A stretch of DNA of 20,000 nucleotides. Origin: Psammoneis japonica (lineage: Eukaryota). This document shows positions 11,732 through 20,000 of the stretch, piece after piece (positions within the stretch are counted from its first letter, which is position 1; every line of letters begins with the position of its first letter). The stretch is taken from positions 371,470 through 391,469 of the forward strand of contig QPGO01000074.1 in assembly GCA_008632985.1 (NCBI GenBank). Direction: 5' to 3'. The position numbers and the translations under genes were made by a program. The notes under the pieces were generated by a model. That model worked only from the letters and a program-made list of their open reading frames with translations, was not told where the DNA came from and ran no database searches.

Positions 11732-12200
11732 TGAAGCAGGCATCCCTGCCATGTGGCTGCCAATGATGCCACTTTCCTGCGTCTGCAGGCTGTCCGCAGC
11801 AATGCTGATCCCGCAGAAGCATGTTGTAGAAAACACGACTCCCAGTGCAAGACCTGAGACAGGCTACAGGAGTGACCCACGCGACTGAGACCAGCGCGAC
11901 TGGCCATCGCGCACGTGACTCACCTTGCATGAAGGGTCTGCGCATCGCGCAGGATGCAGGGCCCTGCGCAGTGCCGAGCATGAGCCTGCGAATTGGCTCC
12001 ACATGAGTGTCAATGAGTGCCACAAAAGACTTGTGCTTGAGTCTTTCCAATGACTCATCATGCAACAAGAATTCTTGTTTCTTAGAAAAGAACACCATCG
12101 CGCATTTGTGCTCTAACTAAAACAATCTCATAATTTTCACAACACCCAAATCTATCTCTGCAGCGTTGCAAGCACTTGTTCCCCATTTCTGCATGGGTCA
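11732..12200 (+). repeat. 5' LTR (469 bp)
   Basis: TGAAGCAGGCATCCC...CTGCATGGGTCA; aligns end to end with 13700-14213. Confidence 0.92.
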
Positions 12201-12218
12201 TGGCGACATTGCTCCCGG
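12201..12218 (+). promoter_or_regulatory. Putative primer-binding site
   Basis: TGGCGACATTGCTCCCGG begins immediately after the LTR-terminal CA; TGG is complementary to tRNA CCA. The cognate tRNA is not identified. Confidence 0.7.
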
Positions 12219-12248
12219 CAAGTGCAAGAACAGTTTGCTTGGTTGACA

Positions 12249-13436
12249 ATGAAGGTCGGACAAACAGCGCTTAGCGCATTCATGACACTGGCGGTCGTTC
12301 CACCGATTGCCTTTCAACGTCCGGTCCCCAGGGTTCTGAAAGAGAACCAAAGTCAGACGTGCAAACTGCACACGAACCCAAATGACCCAGATGGTCCTGC
12401 GCATGAACTTGCGGTCACCTGCTTCTCGGCGCAGTCACCTGAAGAATGGCTCCTTGTTGTAAAGGACTGTGACCGTGCATGCATCAGGCAGAACATTGCG
12501 ACAGGACCCGGTGAATTTTTGCTCACAAGAAGGCTGTTAGAGGGTGATGCCCTTGCTGCCTTTGACAATGCAGCGGCGAACGAAAATGCAGAAATGGCAA
12601 TGTTGTTGGCATGTTGCATGGCTGCTGTCACCAAAAGTGTTTTCCCAGAAAGGGCTGCATTGACACAGAAGTGCCGTTTAAGGCATTTCATGCAAAAGCC
12701 GTTAGATGTCAAAATTCGTGAGCATGTCACTCGTGCCATAGAAATCAATGAGTGCATTCCAAAATTTCCACCAGTTGAAGACAATGGACAAGCTCCGCAA
12801 GTGCCATCCGAAGATGAGTTGGTTGATTTGTTGGAATGTGGCATTCCACGGCTGTGGCAGCGCCAAATGAAGTTGCAAGGATTCAATCCTTTGGCACACA
12901 CTGTTCCAGAATTTGTCTCATTCTGTGAGCATGTGGAAGAAGTTGAGGCTGCTGACAAGCTCATGGCCTCTGCCTCACCTCAAGACGACCCTGAAGACGC
13001 CAAGATGAAGTCAGCAGATGATCCGATTCCACGCTAACGATCAAGTTCCAAGAGTCCTGCACCAAGCGAGTTGATGTCGGCAGCAAAGGAGTGAGTTTCG
13101 ATGATGTCAGATGGAAAACGTGGTCACCCATGCATGCTTCACGGTGCATGCAACCCCAACACTGACGATTGTTGGTCTCTGAAACGTCAGGTCAAGAAGC
13201 TCAAGACTTTGGATGCACACAGATCCGAGTGCAAGAATGCGCACAAGCGTGACACTGGCGCAAGCAAGGAAGAAATCAACATCATCATTGAACAAGCCAC
13301 AAAAAATGCATTGAAATGTGTGGCACGTGATGACGCGAAGGCAGACAGTGAACTTCATGCCTTTGACAACGCATGCCTCTCTGAAGATTCTGATGCTGAC
13401 ACCGATGATGTGGCAGCAACGAGTCTCCAAGAATGA
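12249..13436 (+). pseudogene. gag: Mutated gag with two in-frame stops (TAA 13035, TGA ~13092) and a degenerate C-terminal Zn-knuckle
   Basis: KLHTNPNDPDGP..SPEEWLL..QNIATGP..RRLLEGDALAAF..VFPERA..KP..EINECIPKFPP..DELVDLLECGIP..WQRQMKLQGFNP..EFVSFCE resembles diatom gypsy gag. ORF 13101-13436 is in the same frame and carries CMLHGACNPNTDDC. Confidence 0.85.
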
Positions 13437-13690
13437 TGGCCGACATGGCAGTGACCTGTGCAACCCCAGTGGCTTGGACAATTTGACAAATGTCCCAATG
13501 CTCCTGAGTGCAGCACTCACTTGTGCATGTTCTGCTGCAGGCCACACATGGCAAAATGTCCAGTGAAATGGCAACAATGACAATGACATCCTTCATGCAT
13601 GAGAAGGCATGTGCGCTGGTTTTTTGGACACACCAACAATGTCCTTTTTCCAGCAGTGGGACCCTTCTGTCACTCATGCGACCTTGTCAC

Positions 13691-13699
13691 AGGGGCGAG
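13691..13699 (+). promoter_or_regulatory. Polypurine tract
   Basis: AGGGGCGAG lies immediately 5' of the TG that starts the 3' LTR. Confidence 0.7.
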
Positions 13700-14213
13700 T
13701 GCAGCAGGCATCCCTGCTGTGGCCGCCGATGATGCCACTTTCCTGCATCTGCAGGCTGTCCGTAGTGACGCTGATCCCACAGAAGCATGTTGTAGAAAAA
13801 ATGACTCCCAGTGTGAGCTGTCTGCAGCGATGCTGATCCCGCAGAAGTGTGTTGCAGAAAACACGACTCCCAGTGCGAGACCTGCAATGGGCTGCAGGAG
13901 TGACCCATGTGACTGAGACCGGTGCGACTGGCCATCGCGCACGTGACTCACCTTGCATGAAGGGTCTGCGCAGGATGTGCGCAGCACCGAGCATGAGCCT
14001 GCGAATTGGCTCCGCATGAGTGTCAACAAGTGTTGCAAAAGACTTGTGCTTGAGTCTTTCCAATGACTCATCATGCAACAAGAATTCTTGTTTCTTAGAA
14101 AAGAACACCATCGTGCATTTGTGCTCTAACTAAAGTGATCTCATGATTTTCACAACACCCAAATCCATCTCTACAATGTCATGAGCACTTGTTCCCCATT
14201 TCTGCACAGGTCA
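13700..14213 (+). repeat. 3' LTR (514 bp)
   Basis: TGCAGCAGGCATCCC...CTGCACAGGTCA. The length difference from the 5' LTR equals a +62 bp duplication and 17 bp of small deletions. Confidence 0.92.
13755..13878 (+). repeat. 62-bp tandem duplication inside the 3' LTR
   Basis: 13755-13816 and 13817-13878 both read GCTGTC...GCTGATCCC...GACTCCCAGTG.GA; the unit is single-copy in the 5' LTR. Confidence 0.9.
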
Positions 14214-14217
14214 GCAT

Positions 14218-14450
14218 GATTGGTTTCCCTCAACAGTTTGGGCAAATGTGGCTTTAAAGTCCTTTTGTGGTTTCACACTGTTGCAAGGGGTGTTGCTTGG
14301 GGAAAAGATTGCTGGGTCTTTGCTGTTGGCAGCACAGGCAGCAATTGCCAAGGTGGAGTCTCCTTCATCTTGGAGGATTTTGAAGAATTCCAGGCACGCA
14401 AGCTTGTCGCAGCTCCTCATTCACATGAGAGTGGGGTTTGATGGGTTGTC
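14218..14450 (-). pseudogene. Upstream part of the decayed ORF interrupted by the LTR element
   Basis: LEFFKILQDEGDSTLAIAACAANSKDPAIFSPSNTP..DFKATFAQTVEG runs up to the TSD. A 1-nt shift is needed to join HHALIFLAST on the other side. Confidence 0.35.
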
Positions 14451-16054
14451 CTTGATTTTGTGGTTCATGGCAGAGGTGATGATTGCACTTGATTGCAACA
14501 GCCGTGTTTGCATTGGATTGCAAAAGGTTTCAGCATTGCAAGGGGGGGGAGGGGGAACTCCTCAATGATTGTGGCAGAGTTCTCATTGTCATGAGCCAAA
14601 GTCATCACATGCCATTTGTGTTGGCTTGTTTGTGCACATTTTCTGCAGAGGGTGCACCAGTGAGGAGCATTGCTGTTGCACCATTGTTTTTGATGATGGG
14701 GGTGCAGTTGACCCTGGTGTGTTTGCTGCATGGCTTGAGGTTGGTGCGGGGAGGAGGCATTGTTGAGTGAGGTTGAGATGTTCCTGTGCAAAAGAGCAGC
14801 AGAAACCATGGGAAGTGTGCAGGACTTCAAAGCATTGTTGTCCACTCTGCCAAAAAGTGCAGGTCAAGCCCAACATGGTGATGCTCAATGCATGGCTTCT
14901 AATCATGCACAGCTGGGGTTCAGCAGTCAAGCTGCGGCAGGTTCTGTGCAGTCACGAGTCAAACACAGGATGTTTGAGCCTGCATTTAAGGTCTCTCTGC
15001 AGGGCTTCAGTGCTTGCATGGAATCATGGTGCTTAAATTGTGCAGGCCAGCCCCAGCTGCAATTGGGGTCCCTGAATGAAAATCAAGTCCAGCATCAGCT
15101 TCATCTTTGTCAAGATCAGCTGTGCACTCATGAGCAATTTGGTGGTGATTTTCCACATGGTTGGTTGAAGACTGGCTGGGTTGAGCATGGCAAGGTGGTT
15201 GGCCTCCTTGGCTCATGGCACAGAAGAAGAAGATCAACCAATCCACAAGCGCACATGATGAGAAGTTTTTCTGCTCTCAGCTCATGGTGGAGACAGTGCC
15301 GAAGCTCCAAAACTCAAATCCCAGAACCTCTCGTGCCAAACAGGAGTGTCAAAGGGGCACTTCTCTTGGCTGGGCTCCTTTGTGCTTTGTGGCTCAAAGC
15401 AGCTCCAGTGGCTGGGGTCCAAGAAGTCAACACACTGCTTCTCTGGGCTGCTGCACAACAATCCCCTCCTTCTGAAAATTTGGTGTCATAAATGCGCACG
15501 ATCGTACGGGTCAAATGGTCTGTCCATCAAACGATTTTCGATTTCGGCTCTGGCACTTGTTTCCCATGGAAGTGGTGGGGTCTGCGTGCACTTCTACGCA
15601 ATGCATGCTAAGAATGCTGCCAACAAATCACTTTTCCCAAGACACTTCATGGCGTTGTTGACCACTGCTCCTGCCTCACGCTGAAGCTTTCCTGCCTGTC
15701 CTTGGCATTGCAGCACTTCTTTTCATCACAATGGTTGTCAACATGAGTGAGTGTGAAGAAGAAATGGAGTCAATTGGCGAGGAAGACCTGGAGCCGCTTG
15801 ACCACAATGAGGCACTGCCGCCAAGCCTGACAGCTCCGAAACATTTGAAGATCGCCTGACAACACAAGGCATTTTACACGGAAGCTGACATGCCAGACAA
15901 AGGATGCAAATGCTTCCGAGTGGAAGAACCAGAAATCTTTGCGTGAGAGCTTCAAAGTGCCAAGGAGCGGAAGGCAGTGGAACAATCAACCATCGCATTG
16001 TGCTTTTCTGATTTGTCTTGTTCGGTTTGGTCCGGCAAGTTCAGGCTTGCACCA

Positions 16055-17233
16055 TCAGATGATGGCAGCAATTGGTGGTTGAATTGATTTGCAAAACCAT
16101 CTCAACAACTGCACTTCTGGTGTCTGGGTCTCTTTCATTGCGTTGAAGTCTTTCTCATTTAAGGAATCATTGAACACAAGAACAGCCTTCACATGAATCA
16201 GAATGAGCAACTTGAGATTCAGGAAGTTGGACTCCTTTGCAAGGAAATGCATTTTTGCAAGAGCATCTGGGTCTTCACAATTTTCATCAAGCAGATTTTC
16301 TTGTCAACTCGGGGGGCTCGGGAGAGCTTCTTGTTGCCACAGTGATTCGATGCTAACTCTTCTGCCGGCATCTGCCGGTGTGCCATCACCGACCATGCAT
16401 CAAACCCTGCTGCATCTTTGCCATGCTTTATTTTTAGTTCTGCATTGTCCACCATCAGCACAAGCCCATCTCCAGGCGCAAATTTTGCCCTGGGCTCAAG
16501 GCAGGCTGCAACAGATTCAGAAGCCTTTGCAACACCAGCCACCAACACAGATGTTGTCACTTTGAAGTTGGCAAGAGCATCTCACCAATGAGTCGCCTTG
16601 TCTTCCTTGCTTGTTCATCGTCTCCACAAAAGCGTTCACATCAGTGCCATTGACGGCAAATGCAAAAACAGACAGTGGCAAGGCCGTTCTGTTTTCTTCT
16701 GACATGAGGTGTTTGAGTGCATTTTTTGAGCTCATTGGGTCAGCCCCATTTCCTGTCATAGCCGCAGGCAAGAGCACGGACAACATGTTCTTGAACATTT
16801 TCGCAACAGTGAGTTTGGTTTGATTGTCATTTGCAGTGATGTCTCCTTTTCTATTGATTGCTGCAAATCCAACTGGGGTGTGTAGCATTTTGCCATCCCC
16901 ATCTGTTTCAACTGCCGCTTGCTCCGCAAGTGGCAGGCCATCTGTTCTGATTGTTCTTGATGCGGTGCCGTCATTTTGTTTCTCCCGGAGGAACTCCAAT
17001 GTTTGTGACTTGGTGGGGTTCCTCTTTTTCTTTTTCTTGACAGGAGCTGGGCATTCAAACTCGACTTCACTTTTTTCCAATTCACAATTTCTCTTTTGGA
17101 TGGTGCGAACTGTCGTGTGGCTGGTGGCGCGTTGATCACAATGCAGTGGGCTCTGGGATGTCTTTTCCACTGGCAAACGAACCATGAGTGAAGACAAATT
17201 TTGCAGCCTCAAGGAGTCAGAGTGACGATGCAC
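16055..17233 (-). pseudogene. Decayed coding-like sequence of unknown family
   Basis: Consecutive minus-strand ORFs (16517-17233, 16219-16560, 16055-16252) have protein-like composition, including the basic stretch PVKKKKKRNP, and no Tyr. No domain recognised. Confidence 0.3.
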
Positions 17234-18041
17234 TCCTCCTCTTGCTCCTCAGCACATTCAACACCATGCAAGTGACATTTTCAATTGTCGTCGTTGTTGT
17301 CGTAATCCGCTGGGGTCGCAACGAGATGGTGCAGGGAAGAAAGAGTGGCTTCACTTCTCCACTTCACGATTTTGAAAATTTGATTTTGGTGTGTTTTTAC
17401 GCACAAGTCTACAATCATCTGGGATGTTCTCAATCCAAGAATGCGAGCTTGGAGAGCTTTCTTGGGTCTCATGAGGGCCACAGGACAGAACAGGACATGT
17501 GATGGTGCACCCACAATGATGTGCAAACTCAGCAACGAACCTTCTGGCAGGGCCAGCTGATCAATCCGATGGAGTCAGTCAGAGTGCTTGACAACAAGGG
17601 CATGGAGTGCAATCAGAGGGAAGCACTGATGGTGTCAGAGCTGCAGATGGTTGCTCCAGTCTGGGTGCCCCCACACACATCAAGTTGCCCCAGCAGCTGG
17701 GGGCGAGCCAACCAGCCGAGCTCGCGTGCACACGGAGATCCAAGTGCCTTCCTGATGCACTGCCTGGATGACCACTCCAGAGCAGCACCTCAGACAGAAT
17801 GCAATCAGAGAGCATCTGCTGATGAGCAGCAGCAGCAAGAGCCCAGTCAACAGCTCAACAAAACTGCCAGTGCAGCCAAATCACAAGCTCTGCCCAAACT
17901 GGATCTGCTGAATGTTCCAAAGCAAGGTTCTCCCACACACTTGTACCAGAGACCAGTGCAAGTTTCAGGGACAACCATCTTCACAACAATCAACCAAGTG
18001 CTGCTGAAACAATCTATGGTGGTCCCAACATGTGCCGGTAG

Positions 18042-20000
18042 ACGGCCTGTGATCCGCAAAGCAACGAGCTAGAAATTCAGGGCGACCGGAAGATTGGGTC
18101 GGTGGACAGACGACCCTGGAGCGAGGCAACGCCAACGAACACAAACCCCAGCCATGATGATGCAAGCAATCGCGACGAGTGGCTCTCTCAGATCAAGGGG
18201 GAAATCCAGGATGAATTGGGCGCTGCATGGCGTGAAAGCCGTTGGACGGAGTTTATTGAGGAAGTATTGTGGTCCCTGCACGAGAATGATATCGTTGACG
18301 GAGACACGATTCGCACCGCCGAGGGCCTTATCAAGTGCGGAGTACGAACCAAGAAGCATCTGATTGCAATGGCCGGAAAGCCTCCCGACGATGAAAAATT
18401 GTCGAGAAAGCTTGAGGCGAAAGGCGTGTCTCTCGTCATCTGCGCTATGTTGTTCAACGAGTACGTCCATGTGAATCGAGATGGTAAGTCTGACTGGCGT
18501 TGTACATATTGAATATGTGTCAAACATACTGTACAGTATCTCGTTCTTGGTTTCTATTGTTCCATCGCATATACGGTTTCAACTATAAAAACTCATCCTG
18601 ATTGTACTTGTCTATTCTTTTCAAAGTAGCTTCACTACAGCAGCAGCAGCAGCGGACTGGCATGTTTACTGTCTTCGTGAGAAACCACAATTTGTCAGTC
18701 ACGAATGTTATTAAGTTCCACGATAAGCGTTTTCCATCGACTGTGGGTGAGTTCTGGGAGGCGACAGGCCTTGAATGGACCGTTGACTCTGCGTGTGTCA
18801 CGGTAAAAATGCTTATGGGCTGGGAAAAATTGAGCGACAATCCCAAAAATACAGCAAATTATGCTGAGGGTGACCCCAGCTTCGGGATTATGTTTCAGTT
18901 GTCGCCTTACCGTACTCCTACATCAAGTCCTATTAGCGACGAATACATCAGTATCCAGGCCGAGGAGGAGTCGAATTTTGCTGAATGTATCCAAAACTTA
19001 TTTCGCGAGAATCCTTTCAATGCAGCTATACCAGAGCTGTACGAAGACGGGGCGATCCGTGGGTTACGATTGTTCTTCCAGCAGGGAAGAGAAGAAAGAA
19101 CAAGGTCGTTGGCTTCGGAGGTGAAAACGCTTGCTCTGATATTTGCGATGCCTGGGGCAGGAAAGACTCGGACTGTACAAGAAGCAGCTCATAGTCTTGG
19201 TTTGGAGTATCACAGATTCAAGATGTCTAACGCAAACTTGTCCACGATGAGAGAGGTAAGGCAGTTCCTCTTGAAAAGGGTAGCAACACTCTGCGACTGC
19301 GAAACGAATGCGATACCTCTAGAGAGAAAGGTGCTGGTGCTTCATTTTGATGAAATTCAATCAATTATGAGAGCTCCACGTGATGACGGAGACAGAGATA
19401 ATTCCCTTGTGACCACGCTGGCCAAAGAATGTGATGCGTTGATTAACAAACATGGGGAGAACCAACGTTCGTGGCTCAAGTTTGTAATGACAGGCACCAA
19501 TATCTTCTCGGACACACAGATCAATGTGGGCAGTCAAGTGAAAACAGAATTGATACCGATGGGGGGCTCTTTTTCTCATGACTTTGTATGCCAGCTTGCG
19601 AGGAAATATAATCTCATGCCATTTTTCGCTGAAGACAACGAGAAATATCTGGAACGCTGTCGCCAACCGACGCTTTACCGAACGATTTTTCTGTGCTTTG
19701 TGGGACAAACGAGGCGAGGGCATCGCTGATCCCTCCGTTGTGGATGATGCGTATCACTCGGCACTCAGTGCAATGAGTCGACAAATTGCTGGAAACATGG
19801 GAGGAGAAACTATCAACGTATCTTCAGTTGCATGCACTGTCTTCGCAAAGATTCTGGATATCAACTCTGAGATGATAGTCAACGGCATCGCAATACTCAA
19901 AACTGTTCCATGACTGAGAAGTCTTATATTGCGGGTGGCGGGTTCAACGTGAAGGAAATGATGGGGAGCGATATTTCAATCTTCTACCCCGCTGGATGTG
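18042..20000 (+). CDS. Crinkler/RHS-like protein: helical (SAM-like) header, polyQ linker and P-loop NTPase; one intron, apparent frameshifts ~19665 and ~19910, 3'-partial
   Basis: Walker A AMPGAGKT and Walker B LVLHFDEIQ in ORF 18602-19729. The upstream exon (frame open from 18042 to 18483) splices in frame. Coding-like sequence continues in shifted frames (NRRFTERFF..., MTEKSYIAGGGFNV...). Confidence 0.65.
18484..18626 (+). other. Spliceosomal intron (phase 1)
   Basis: GTAAGT donor at 18484, AT-rich body, pyrimidine tract and AAG acceptor at 18626. The alternative TAG at 18629 is also in frame. Confidence 0.75.

Larger units (their letters stand above)
11732..14213 (+). mobile_element. Non-autonomous gag-only LTR retroelement (Ty3/gypsy-derived), 2482 bp, TSD GCAT
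   Basis: Two TG...CA direct repeats, with a PBS-like TGGCGAC directly after the 5' LTR and a purine tract directly before the 3' LTR. Internal gag, no pol. GCAT flanks both ends (11728-11731, 14214-14217). Confidence 0.92.
10190..18040. other. Hypermutated repeat block depleted of TpA and CpG and enriched in TpG/CpA
   Basis: Hand count ~49 TA in 10201-18060. ORFs in all six frames are nearly Tyr-free and Cys/His-rich. Normal composition resumes abruptly on both sides. Confidence 0.93.

Noticed and set aside
12249..13436. Alternative genetic code or recoding to explain missing Tyr
   Set aside because: TA loss is frame-independent and affects non-coding LTRs, while flanking genes use Tyr, TAA and TAG normally.
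13755..13878. CRISPR-like array
   Set aside because: Only two adjacent units with no spacers, inside an LTR in eukaryotic DNA.
10190..18040. Classical RIP or CpG methylation decay as the sole cause
   Set aside because: RIP raises TpA and CpG decay does not remove it. CpG decay is present but insufficient.
10190..18070. Numerous overlapping Cys/His/Gln-rich ORFs (e.g. 14760-15491, 17521-18072) as novel genes
   Set aside because: Loss of TA removes TAA/TAG stops and Tyr codons in all frames, which inflates spurious ORFs.
18034..18072. Helitron 3' end (GCCG-GTAGA-CGGC hairpin followed by CTAG)
   Set aside because: The stem is only 4 bp, too far from CTAG, the next base is A rather than T, and no Rep/helicase is seen.

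Overview
Eukaryotic genomic DNA, most likely a diatom or related stramenopile (inferred from coatomer gamma, a spliceosomal intron and a diatom-type Ty3/gypsy gag). Scattered 1-nt frameshifts look like long-read errors. Bases 1-10,190 are gene-dense: coatomer gamma, IMPACT/YigZ, a secreted J-domain plus bulb-lectin-like protein, an S41 peptidase, an LtrA-like membrane protein and a bacterial-type VOC protein. Bases ~10,190-18,040 are a sharply bounded block of decayed repeats, including a complete 2.48-kb LTR-gag-LTR element with a 4-bp target-site duplication. After ~18,040 lies an intron-containing Crinkler/RHS-like P-loop NTPase gene. The main result is that TpA is almost erased in the repeat block: by hand I count ~49 TA in ~7.86 kb, against ~40-70 per kb in sampled flanks. 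TA appears converted to TG/CA, i.e. A-to-G on both strands, with a preference for 5'-TAY-3'. This suggests a repeat-targeted hypermutation system opposite in direction to fungal RIP, acting alongside ordinary CpG decay.
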